A stretch of DNA of 64,000 nucleotides from an uncultured Chloroflexia bacterium (lineage in GTDB: Bacteria > Chloroflexota > Limnocylindria > QHBO01). The first letter of the stretch is position 1, and each line of letters begins with the position of its first letter. The notes under the pieces were generated by a model. It was not told the DNA's origin and made no database searches. It saw only the letters and a list, made by a program, of their open reading frames with translations. The stretch spans positions 22,936-86,935 of the forward strand of contig CAWIVT010000006.1 in assembly GCA_963839635.1 (NCBI GenBank), read 5' to 3'. Made by a program: the position numbers and the translations under genes. Of the stretch, positions 39,002-47,534 are shown one piece after another.

Positions 39002-40372
39002 TTAATCGGACTCCTTGGTCTGCTCGGTGGGCTCGGGCTCGGATTCGGCTGTCGTGGTCTCTGGCTCGGCGGTCGGATCGGCTCCGATGGCGCGCTCGAT
39101 CAGCGTGTCGACCAGTGTACGGTTGCGCAGCGTCATCCGCAGGTAGCTGCGCCCCCGCCGGGAGGTCAGGTACTCGCGCAGCTTGGCGTCATCGTCGTAG
39201 CGGGCCAGCTGCGCGGCGATCTCGGCCTCGATGTCCTCGTCGCTGGCGTCGATCCCCTCCTTCTCCGCGATCGCGGACAGCACGAGCAGCGTCTTCACGC
39301 GCCGGGTCGCCGGCTCGCGCAGCTCGTTGGTCAGCTCTTCAGGGGACTGCTTGGAGAGCGCCAGGTACTGGTCCATCCCGATCCGCTGCTGGGCGAGGCG
39401 CGTGCGCAGCTCGTCGCGCATGATCTCGACCTCGTTGGCCACCATCACCTCGGGCAGCTCGACGCTGGCGTTCGTGCTTGCGAAGTCGATGATCCGATCG
39501 CTGAAGGCGTGGCGCGCGTCGGCCTCGGCGCGCTTCCCGAGCGCGTCTCGAATCTCGGCGCGCAGCTCGTCGAGCGTCTGCACGTCGCCGACGCTCTTCG
39601 CGAACTCGTCGTCGACGTCCGGAAGGACCTTCTCGCGCAGGTCGAGGAGCTCGACCTCGAAGTGCGCCGGCTTGTCGCGGAGCTCCTCGACCCGGTAGTC
39701 GTCGGGGAAGGTGATGTCGAAGGCCGTCGTGCCGCCGATCTCGAGGCCGACGAGATGATCCTCCCAGCCGGCGATCATGCGGTTCTCGCCGATGACGAGC
39801 GGCATCCGATCCGCCGAGCCACCCTCGAACGGCTCGCCGTCGATGCTGCCGACGAACTTCACGCTGCCGATGTCGCCGTCCTGTGCGCCGCGGCCGTCGA
39901 CCGGGCGAAGGGTGGCCTGCTGCTCCTGCAGCTCGCCGATCACCTGCTCCACCTGCTCGTCGGTGACTTCGGGCGTCTCGAGCGCGAACGGGTAATCGGT
40001 GTAGGCGCCGAGCTCGACGTCGGGCCGCACCGGCACGGTTGCCGTGAACGTCACCGCCTGGCCCTCGGCGACCGTGGCAGGGTCGATATCGACCTCCGGC
40101 TGGTCGATCGGGATGACGTTCGCCTGGTCGAGCGCGCGGTCGTAGGAGGCGCTGACGAGGTGGTCGATCGCCTCGGCGAGGACGCTGCCGCGCCCGACGA
40201 AGCGGTCGATGACCTGGCGCGGCGCCTTGCCGGGGCGGAATCCCGGCACGCGGGTGCGCTCGGCGACGTGCCGGTAGGCAGTGGCGAAGTGCTGGTCGAC
40301 CTCGGCCGGGGGGACCTCGATCTCGAGGACGACCTTCGAGCCCGGTTCGGGTCGCGCTGAAACGGTGACCAA
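39002..40372 (-). CDS. tig: trigger factor
   Basis: Pieces: VVLEIEVPPAEVDQHFATAYRHVAERTRVPGFRPGKAPRQVIDRF and the FKBP-like middle domain. TTG start after GGAG. Confidence 0.95.
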   Translation of the reverse strand: MVTVSARPEPGSKVVLEIEVPPAEVDQHFATAYRHVAERTRVPGFRPGKAPRQVIDRFVGRGSVLAEAIDHLVSASYDRALDQANVIPIDQPEVDIDPATVAEGQAVTFTATVPVRPDVELGAYTDYPFALETPEVTDEQVEQVIGELQEQQATLRPVDGRGAQDGDIGSVKFVGSIDGEPFEGGSADRMPLVIGENRMIAGWEDHLVGLEIGGTTAFDITFPDDYRVEELRDKPAHFEVELLDLREKVLPDVDDEFAKSVGDVQTLDELRAEIRDALGKRAEADARHAFSDRIIDFASTNASVELPEVMVANEVEIMRDELRTRLAQQRIGMDQYLALSKQSPEELTNELREPATRRVKTLLVLSAIAEKEGIDASDEDIEAEIAAQLARYDDDAKLREYLTSRRGRSYLRMTLRNRTLVDTLIERAIGADPTAEPETTTAESEPEPTEQTKESD

Positions 40373-40398
40373 GTTGGCTCCTGCTGCGACGAGTGGCG

Positions 40399-40482
40399 TG
40401 GTGGGCGAGGCGAGATTCGAACTCGCACGTCTTGCGACACCGGCTCCTAAGGCCGGCGCGTCTGCCGTTCCGCCACTCGCCC
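40399..40482 (-). tRNA. tRNA-Leu (anticodon UAG), CCA encoded
   Basis: Minus-sense GGGCGAGTGGCGGAACGGCAGACGCGCCGGCCTTAGGAGCCGGTGTCGCAAGACGTGCGAGTTCGAATCTCGCCTCGCCCACCA. It has a 7-bp acceptor stem, anticodon loop CUUAGGA, a long variable arm and the TTCGAAT T-loop. Confidence 0.9.
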
Positions 40483-40563
40483 GGATCGGTGCTGCGTCGA
40501 CTGCTGGCGGTTCGGCGCTGAGTCTACCAATGGACCGAATCGGGCGCGTTGGCCCGGTCGGCC

Positions 40564-41190
40564 TCAGCCGCCTCCCTGTACCGGTGCGGGAGCCGGGGCA
40601 GCGCTGTAGCCGTGCTCGGCGATCGCGCCGGCCCGCTCTCGGTAGGCATCTGGTGTCGGCGGCGTCATCGCGCGGAACCCGTCGACCATGCGGTTGTACA
40701 TCGAGAACGCCGAAGCGATGAGCACGGCGAGCTGGACGTCGGAATCGGTTGCTCCGGCCGCCTTGGCCGCCGCCACGTCGCCCGCCGTCAGGTCGAGCGG
40801 ATTGCGGCGAACCGTTGCGGCGACGTGGAGGAGCGCGCGCATCTTGGGGTCGAACGGCTCGAGGGCTCCAATTTTGAGCTCCTCGATCAAGGGAGCAAGG
40901 TGCGCGTCACCGTCGCGCTCGAGGAGTGCCGTGGCGTGCGCGCCGTGCGAGTCCATGCAGAAGAAGCAGTCATTCCCCGCCGACACGGCGGTGGCGAGCA
41001 TCTCGCGCTCGGCGCGGCTGATGGTGGCGCCCTCGAAGTCATGGAAGAGCAGCTCGTCAGCCAGCCCGCGCAGGTGGATGCCGAGACGTGGGGTCAGGTT
41101 GAGTGCCGTGAGGATCCCCGGCGCATCGGGCAGCCCTCCGACGATCGGCCCCTGCAGTGCACGCTGGATGCGCTCGTCATCGCGGGTCAT
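40564..41190 (-). CDS. carboxymuconolactone decarboxylase/AhpD-like (peroxidase-related) protein
   Basis: Pieces: REMLATAVSAGNDCFFCMDSHG (CxxC) and DVQLAVLIASAFSMYNRMVDG. GGAGG lies 6 nt before the ATG. Confidence 0.75.
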   Translation of the reverse strand: MTRDDERIQRALQGPIVGGLPDAPGILTALNLTPRLGIHLRGLADELLFHDFEGATISRAEREMLATAVSAGNDCFFCMDSHGAHATALLERDGDAHLAPLIEELKIGALEPFDPKMRALLHVAATVRRNPLDLTAGDVAAAKAAGATDSDVQLAVLIASAFSMYNRMVDGFRAMTPPTPDAYRERAGAIAEHGYSAAPAPAPVQGGG

Positions 41191-41338
41191 CGGCGGCCTC
41201 CTGCCATCGAGATCATTCGACGCCCGAAGTCGGACAGTCGGATGGCTATCCTACGCGGACCGTCATGGAAGTTGAACGCCCAGCCCAGCTCGATCGCGGG
41301 TCCGGCGCACCTCGTGCGCCGAGCGGCATCCGCGCGCG

Positions 41339-42895
41339 ATGACCGCCCGGACACTGACCATTCGCGGCGAGCCGTACCCGCTCATCCTGCCCTCCATCCG
41401 CGATCCACGCCTCCACGTCGCCGCGGTCATCATCACGGTCCACGTCCTCGGCCAGGTCGGTCTAGGCTTCCGCGTCAGCGTCCCGCAGATCCTCGCGGCA
41501 ATCCTGACGTGCTGGATCCTGGAGGTCGCGCTGACATTCCGGCAGGCGAGGGCGTTCGTCTGGCCGGCAAGCGCAATGCTCACCGGGAGCGGCGTTGCCC
41601 TCATCCTCCGGGTCGTCGGCACGCCGGCCGACGACCCGTGGAGCTTCCACGCCTGGCACGTCTTCGCGGCGATCGCGGGGCTCTCGCTGCTCTCCAAGTA
41701 CGTGATTCGACGCCGCGGGTCGCACATCTTCAACCCGTCGAACATCGGTCTCGTCGTCGCCTTCGTCGCCCTCGGCCCGTCCCGGGTCGAGCCGCTGGAC
41801 TTCTGGTGGGCGCCGCTGAACGTCTGGATGATCGCGGCCTACCTCGTGATCGGGGTCGGCGGGCTTCTGATCACGCGCCGGCTGAAGCTCCTCGGGCTCG
41901 CGGCCGCGTTCTGGATCGGGCTCGCGGCCGGGCTCGGACTGCTGGCGGCATCGGGCCACTGCATGACCGCGAACTGGGCCTTTGCACCGGTGTGCGGCTT
42001 CGACTTCTGGCGCGTCGTCGTCACCTCCCCCGAGGTGATGATCTTCCTGTTCTTCATGATCACCGACCCGAAGACCGTCCCGGCCGGCCAGGTCGGTCGC
42101 GTCGTCTTCGGGGTGCTGGTGGCGGCGACGAGCGTGCTGCTCATGGCTCCCCAGACCGACGAGTTCGGGGCAAAGGTGGGCCTCCTCGCCGGCCTCGTCG
42201 TGATCTGCGCCGCTCGCCCGATCGTCGAGCGCTTCGTCGCGGAGCCGGCCTCGTCCGGCGACCAGCTCCGCCCGCTCCTGTCCGGGCTGAGCGGCGGCGC
42301 GCGCCGCCTGGGGCTGGCCTTCCTCGTCCTCCTCCTCGTCGGAGCCGGCATCGTCGCCGCCGGGACTCCGGCGCGCGGCATCGCGACCCCGAACGCGGAC
42401 GAGCTCCTCAACCGGTTGCCGGCGACCGTCGATCCCGCCACGCTGCCGTCGATCACCGTCGCCGAGGACGTCGTCGAGTACGACCATGAGCTGGCGGGGG
42501 CCGGCATGCAGGAGGTGCTGGTCACGCTGGCCCGCAACCTCGAGCTCGAGAACCAGGCGCTGCTGAGGCGGGACGAGGCGATCCTCGTCGCCGTGGACCA
42601 CGGCGACCGGCTCGTCGAGATGCAGTCACGCCTGCGGGACGCCGTCGCGAGCGGATCGACCGTCACGGCCCACTACGAGTTCGACTCGATCGACGTGTCG
42701 CTGCTCGTCCCGTTCGGAGCGCAGACCGGCCTCAGCCTCGGTCTCGCGGGCGTCGGGACGATCGTCGAGGAGACGCGCGACGCCAGCGGAGCGGTGGTCA
42801 GCACGCAGTCGTCGCCGTTCGAGCTGACGTTCGCGATGCGGCGCGCGACCGGCGCCCGCTGGATGAACGTGGCCGTGCTGCGGGAGACGCCCTAG
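41339..42895 (+). CDS. polytopic membrane protein with RnfD/NqrB-like motifs plus a C-terminal soluble domain
   Basis: Intact 518-codon ORF with about 9 hydrophobic segments. Motifs GSHIFNPSNIG and FFMITDPKTVP resemble the FNPA / TDP.T.P signatures of the NQR2/RnfD/RnfE family. The last ~170 aa are non-hydrophobic. Confidence 0.6.
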   Translation: MTARTLTIRGEPYPLILPSIRDPRLHVAAVIITVHVLGQVGLGFRVSVPQILAAILTCWILEVALTFRQARAFVWPASAMLTGSGVALILRVVGTPADDPWSFHAWHVFAAIAGLSLLSKYVIRRRGSHIFNPSNIGLVVAFVALGPSRVEPLDFWWAPLNVWMIAAYLVIGVGGLLITRRLKLLGLAAAFWIGLAAGLGLLAASGHCMTANWAFAPVCGFDFWRVVVTSPEVMIFLFFMITDPKTVPAGQVGRVVFGVLVAATSVLLMAPQTDEFGAKVGLLAGLVVICAARPIVERFVAEPASSGDQLRPLLSGLSGGARRLGLAFLVLLLVGAGIVAAGTPARGIATPNADELLNRLPATVDPATLPSITVAEDVVEYDHELAGAGMQEVLVTLARNLELENQALLRRDEAILVAVDHGDRLVEMQSRLRDAVASGSTVTAHYEFDSIDVSLLVPFGAQTGLSLGLAGVGTIVEETRDASGAVVSTQSSPFELTFAMRRATGARWMNVAVLRETP

Positions 42896-43569
42896 CCGCG
42901 GCCTCGCGAGCTCATGCCGGAGTAGTCCTCGGCGACCTTCGCCGTGGCACGCTCGCCAGGGGAGTTGGTGACGTCGTCCTTGGCGTGGCGTGGATCGGGC
43001 TCGGCGGCGCCACCGACGGTGCCCGCGGCATCCAGCGCGCCGACGCCGGTGGGCGGCTCGCCGGAGAGGAACCGCTCGACCGCCTTGCGCGCCAGTGCGG
43101 CCGTGAGGATCGCAGCGCCCGCCTCGAAGGCCGTCCACGCCGTCCGCTTCGGACCCGCCGGCCCCTTCGCGAGCTGCTCCGCCATCTTCTTGCTGATCTT
43201 GGCGTTGCGCTTGGGATCGTGGCGCCATCGGAGGAGCTCCTCGGAGAGCGCCTGTCGCGCCTCGGCGGCTCGAGGACCGATCGTGCCGGCCATCGTGTCG
43301 ACCCACGACTGCATCGGCTTCGGGAGCGCGTCGTACGCCTTCTCCGGGTCCGAGCGGAAGAGCCGTCGTCGCACCAGCCTGGCCACGCGGATCGGCCCGC
43401 CGGCGACGAGGAAGGCGGCACCCGCGCCCAGGCCGATCACCAGGGCGGGGTTCTCGCGGAATCGCTTCCCGATGTCCAGCGCGTCGCGCAGCTGGTCGGA
43501 TGTGCGCTCCAGCTCGGCGCGCTGCCGGGCGATGGCTAACCGCGTTTCAGCAAGCGGCTCTTCGCCCAC
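42892..43569 (-). CDS. DUF3618-like protein (N-terminal coiled segment plus TM helix)
   Basis: In-frame tail of ORF 42892..44661(-) from GTG 43569: VGEEPLAETRLAIARQRAELERTSDQLRDALDIGKRFRENPALVIGLGAGAAFLVAGG... Confidence 0.5.
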   Translation of the reverse strand: MGEEPLAETRLAIARQRAELERTSDQLRDALDIGKRFRENPALVIGLGAGAAFLVAGGPIRVARLVRRRLFRSDPEKAYDALPKPMQSWVDTMAGTIGPRAAEARQALSEELLRWRHDPKRNAKISKKMAEQLAKGPAGPKRTAWTAFEAGAAILTAALARKAVERFLSGEPPTGVGALDAAGTVGGAAEPDPRHAKDDVTNSPGERATAKVAEDYSGMSSRGRG

Positions 43570-43943
43570 TCGACATCCTCCTTGACGGCTGCGATCGTCT
43601 CTTCCGGGGTGAACTTGGTGCTCGTGACCTTCTTGATGCCGCGCCAGGCGAGCAGCCCGACGACGACGAGGAGCAGCACAAGCACGATCAGCGCCACCCA
43701 CCAGAGGCCGATGACGACGAGCACCGCCATGACGAACGCGACGAGGGCGATGAGGAAGACGAAGGCCAGCCCGGCGGCGATCGCCAGCAGCACGATCCCG
43801 CCCTTGAGCTGGCCGAGGTTGCGCACCATCTCCTGGCGGCCGCGCTGAACCTCCAGCTTGGCCAGCGTCACTCCGCCGGACACGAGGCGCTTCACGAGCG
43901 TGAAGGCGTTCTCGCGGCGGCGAGAGGTGCTGCCTGTGGACAT
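43536..43943 (-). CDS. holin-X / phage-holin-3_6 family membrane protein (actinobacterial type)
   Basis: Pieces: FTLVKRLVSGGVTLAKLEVQRGRQEMVRNLGQLKGGIVLLAIAAGLAFVFLIALVAFVMAVLVVIGLWWVALIVLVLLLVVVGLLAW. GGAGG lies before the ATG. Confidence 0.65.
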   Translation of the reverse strand: MSTGSTSRRRENAFTLVKRLVSGGVTLAKLEVQRGRQEMVRNLGQLKGGIVLLAIAAGLAFVFLIALVAFVMAVLVVIGLWWVALIVLVLLLVVVGLLAWRGIKKVTSTKFTPEETIAAVKEDVEWAKSRLLKRG

Positions 43944-44070
43944 GGCTCCTCCGTGGACGGGTGGGATGAACGTGCGCTCGGCCGAGCCCGCGCATGACGG
44001 ACGATTCTACCAACGAGCACATCGGGTGCCACGGCGCACTTTCGGAAGGTCCGGTATCCTTCGCCGCCGT

Positions 44071-44766
44071 ATGACGAAGCGACGACGCACCTCCGGCATT
44101 CAGCGGCGCGAGCGTGCCAGCAGCGAGGCGCTCAACCGGCGCATCGATGCTGCCGCCACCGGTGGCGGCACCTCCCTGCCGGACTGGCGGATCCTGGCCA
44201 TCGGCGGTGTGCTGCTCGTCGGCGTGATCCTGATCCTGGTCGTCGTCGTCATGGGCGGCGCCCCCAACCCGAATGCCGGCATCACCATCCCCAACGACGG
44301 GAACGCGCACGTGCCGGTCGGGACGACGTGCCGCTCGACCCGCAGGCCCCCTGCGGCCCTGACCCGTACTCGTCGCTGCCCGGCACGTCCGGTCCACACT
44401 GGGATCCGAGCGGCATCGCGAACTGGGGCGTCTACTCGACCCCGCAGCCCGAGATCCCAGCTCATCCACAACCTCGAGCACGGCGGCATCGTCATCTGGT
44501 ACGACCCCGACCTGCTCGACGACGAGCGGGTGGACGAGCTCGCGTCGTACGTCGAGAGCCAGGTCGCCACGGGGCTCGGCGGCCGGTTCAAGTTCATCCT
44601 CACCCCGTGGGGCGGCGAGGGCGACCTCGGCAGCCCGGTCGTGGTCACCGCCTGGCGCCACCTGCTCGCGCTCGATGAGTTCGACATGGACCGCGGTGCG
44701 CGGCTTCGCCGACGCGAACTACCTGGCCACGCCCCCGAGCCGAACGGCGGTCCCGGACCTTCCTGA
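44071..44766 (+). pseudogene. DUF3105 protein (N-terminal TM anchor); about 2 frame changes
   Basis: Pieces: MTKRRRTSG...ILAIGGVLLVGVILILVVVVM (ORF 43858..44766), mid part PLDPQAPCGPDPYSSLPGTSGPHWDP (ORF 44328..44678), then LIHNLEHGGIVIWYDPDL...VVVTAWRHLL. Confidence 0.7.
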
Positions 44767-44828
44767 CCCGGTCACGCGGACCTGCCGCGGTTGACCCGTC
44801 CGGACGCCTGCGCCATCATCGTCACCGC

Positions 44829-44903
44829 GGGCGCCTAGCTCAACGGCAGAGCAAGTGACTCTTAATCACTAGGTTCAGGGTTCGAATCCCTGGGCGCTCA
44901 CCA
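44829..44903 (+). tRNA. tRNA-Lys (anticodon CUU), CCA encoded
   Basis: GGGCGCCTAGCTCAACGGCAGAGCAAGTGACTCTTAATCACTAGGTTCAGGGTTCGAATCCCTGGGCGCTCACCA. The acceptor stem pairs with one G-U, the anticodon loop is CUCUUAA, and the T-loop is TTCGAAT. Confidence 0.9.
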
Positions 44904-44973
44904 TCCGCATCAGGTTTCGAGGGGCCGGTCCGTGAGGGTCGGCCCTTTGCCATGCGCCCCGTACACTGCGGCG

Positions 44974-46149
44974 ATGCCGGATCGGTACGACGCAATCGTC
45001 ATCGGCCTGGGCGGGATGGGCTCGGCCACCGCGTTCCACCTCGCGCGTCGCGGGAAGCGCGTTCTCGGTCTCGAGCAGTACGAGCTGCTCCACGAGCGCG
45101 GCTCGTCACACGGCCACAGCCGGATCATCCGCCTCGCTTATCACGAGCATCCCGACTACGTCCCGCTCCTGCGCCGCAGCTACGAGCTGTGGCACGAGCT
45201 CGAGGCGCTGTCGGGCGAGCGCCTCCTCGTCACGACCGGCAGCGTCGAGGGCGGGCCGGAGGACGGCCCGACGTTCCGAGGGGCGCTCCACGCCGCGGAG
45301 CGGCACGACATCCCCCACGAGGTGCTCGACGCGGCCGAGCTGCGCGGCCGTCACCCGGCCTATGCCGGCTTCGATCAGGCAACGCGCGTGGTATGGCAGC
45401 CGGACGGCGGGTTCCTCCTGGCCGAGCGCACGATCCAGGCCCACGTGAACGGGGCGCTGGCCGCGGGGGCCGACCTCCGCTTCGGCGCAGGAGTGGCCGG
45501 ATGGGAGCCAACCGCGGACGGCGGCGTGAGCGTGCGGCTCCGCGATGGTGGCAGCGCCGAGGCGGATCGGCTCGTCATCTGCGGTGGGCCGTGGATGGGC
45601 TCCCTGGTTCCGCGCTTCGCGCCGCTGGCGGTTCCGGAGCGGCAGGTCGTCGCGTGGCTGCGCCCGGTGATGCCGGACCGCTTTGCGCCCGAGCAGTTCC
45701 CCGTCTTCCTGATCGACGTCGCGGAGGGCAGCTACTACGGCTTTCCCACCTACGAGGGGCACGGCTTCAAGTTCGGCAAGTACCACCACTTCAACGAGCC
45801 GATCGACCCCGACGATCCGGACCGCTCGGCCCGGCCGGACGACGAGGCGGCGCTGCGCGCCTTCGCCGAGCGCTACTTCCCCCAGGGGGCGGGGCCAACC
45901 GAGTCGCTCAAGGCATGCATCTTCACGAACTCGCCCGACGAGCACTTCATCCTCGACCGGCTGCCGGACGCGCCGCAGGTGAGCGTGGCCGTCGCCTGCA
46001 GCGGCCACGGCTACAAGTTCTGCAGCGTGGTGGGCGAGGTGATGGCCGACCTCGCGACCGAGGGTGCGACCCGCCACGACATTGGCTTCCTGCGCCTCTC
46101 GCGCTTTGACGCCGCCGAACCCGATGAGCCGGTCGGAGGCGACTTGTGA
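44974..46149 (+). CDS. monomeric sarcosine oxidase / N-methyltryptophan oxidase-like flavoenzyme
   Basis: Pieces: MPDRYDAIVIGLGGMGSATAFHLARRG (GxGxxG), HGHSRIIRLAY and ACSGHGYKFCSVVG (covalent-FAD Cys context). TACACT lies 6 nt before the ATG. Confidence 0.85.
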   Translation: MPDRYDAIVIGLGGMGSATAFHLARRGKRVLGLEQYELLHERGSSHGHSRIIRLAYHEHPDYVPLLRRSYELWHELEALSGERLLVTTGSVEGGPEDGPTFRGALHAAERHDIPHEVLDAAELRGRHPAYAGFDQATRVVWQPDGGFLLAERTIQAHVNGALAAGADLRFGAGVAGWEPTADGGVSVRLRDGGSAEADRLVICGGPWMGSLVPRFAPLAVPERQVVAWLRPVMPDRFAPEQFPVFLIDVAEGSYYGFPTYEGHGFKFGKYHHFNEPIDPDDPDRSARPDDEAALRAFAERYFPQGAGPTESLKACIFTNSPDEHFILDRLPDAPQVSVAVACSGHGYKFCSVVGEVMADLATEGATRHDIGFLRLSRFDAAEPDEPVGGDL

Positions 46150-46256
46150 GTCGCCGCGGCTTCGTGGTTCACTAGGCGCCGGCCGCCGCCCATCGGCCTG
46201 TCCCCCGGTCGACCATCACATCTCGCCCCGACCCGGGCGCCAGCGCGGAGGCAGCT

Positions 46257-47534
46257 TTGCCGCAGATCCCGATCGAACGCCGCATGCTCGACAACGGCCT
46301 GCGCGTCGTGCTGTCGCGCGATCCGCGCGCTCCGCTGGTCGCGGTAAACCTGTGGTACGACGTCGGCAGCAAGCACGAGAAGCCCGGCAAGACCGGTTTC
46401 GCGCACCTGTTCGAGCACATGATGTTCCAGGGCTCGGCGAACGTGGAGAAGGGGCAGCACTTCAGCCTGGTCCAGGCCGCCGGGGGCACGCTCAACGCCT
46501 CGACGTGGCTGGATCGGACGAACTACTTCGAGACGCTTCCGGGCCACGAGCTGGAGCTCGCGCTGTGGCTCGAGGCCGACCGCATGGCGAGCCTCCTGCC
46601 GGCGATGACCCAGGAGAAGCTCGACAACCAGCGTGACGTCGTGAAGAACGAGCGGCGCTGGAGCGTCGACAACCAGCCCTACGGCGTCGTGGGACGAGAG
46701 CATGCAGGCGCTCGTCTACCCCGAGTCCACCCGTACCACCACTCGACCATCGGCTCGATGGAGGACCTCTCAGCGGCATCGCTCGAGGACGTCGGCGAGT
46801 TCTTCTCGACCTACTACGCGCCGAACAACGCCGTGCTGACCGTTGCCGGCGACTTCGAGACCGACGCGGCCATGACCATGATCGAGCGCCACTTCGGGCC
46901 GATCCCGGCGAACCCGGCGCTGCCGCCGCCGCCCGACATGAGCGTCGAGCCGCTGCTCGGGCAGGAGCTGCGCGAGACGGTCCCCGACCAGGTGCCGCTG
47001 CCGCGCATCTACCTGGCGCACCGCACCCCGCCGTTCGGGACCGACGCCTTCGATGCGCTCGACGTGGCCGCCGATATCCTCGGCTCTGGCCGCGCCTCGC
47101 GCCTCTATGCGGCCCTCGTCCGCACGCAGCGCCTGGCGCAGGACGTCAGCGTCTTCGTCTTCCCGATCGTCGGCGGCGCGAGCATGTTCGCGCTGTGGGT
47201 CACCGCCCGACCCGGGGTGACGACGGAGGCGCTCGAGGCCGCCACGCTGGCGGAGATCGACCGGCTCGCCACCGATGGACCGACCGAGGCCGACCTCGAG
47301 CGCGTCCGCAACCTGCACGCGGCGCACTTCGCCGGAGGGCTCGAGCGCATCAGCGAGCGTGCGGATCGGCTCAGCATGTACACGTGCCTGTTCGACGAGC
47401 CCGAGCGCATCAACTCGGAGCTCGAGCGAAGGGAGGCCGTTGACGCCGGGCGCGTGATGGTGGCGCTTCGCGACTCGGTGCGTCCGGACAACCGCGTGGT
47501 GCTCACCTTCGTGCCGGCCGAGGCGGCCTCGTGA
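46257..47534 (+). CDS. M16 (pitrilysin) family zinc peptidase, catalytic-type subunit; 15 codons around 46684-46733 look out of frame
   Basis: HxxEH motif in GFAHLFEHMMFQGS, plus LNASTWLDRTNYFE. TTG start after GGAGG. Confidence 0.85.
   Translation: MPQIPIERRMLDNGLRVVLSRDPRAPLVAVNLWYDVGSKHEKPGKTGFAHLFEHMMFQGSANVEKGQHFSLVQAAGGTLNASTWLDRTNYFETLPGHELELALWLEADRMASLLPAMTQEKLDNQRDVVKNERRWSVDNQPYGVVGREHAGARLPRVHPYHHSTIGSMEDLSAASLEDVGEFFSTYYAPNNAVLTVAGDFETDAAMTMIERHFGPIPANPALPPPPDMSVEPLLGQELRETVPDQVPLPRIYLAHRTPPFGTDAFDALDVAADILGSGRASRLYAALVRTQRLAQDVSVFVFPIVGGASMFALWVTARPGVTTEALEAATLAEIDRLATDGPTEADLERVRNLHAAHFAGGLERISERADRLSMYTCLFDEPERINSELERREAVDAGRVMVALRDSVRPDNRVVLTFVPAEAAS

Noticed and set aside
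42892-43943. Prophage remnant, suggested by a 'phage holin' family gene.
   Set aside because: This holin-X type protein paired with DUF3618 is a common chromosomal pair. No endolysin, capsid, terminase or integrase genes are nearby.
40399-44903. A genomic island integrated at tRNA-Leu or tRNA-Lys.
   Set aside because: I found no integrase, no direct repeat of the tRNA 3' end and no obvious compositional change. The flanking genes are ordinary metabolic or housekeeping genes.
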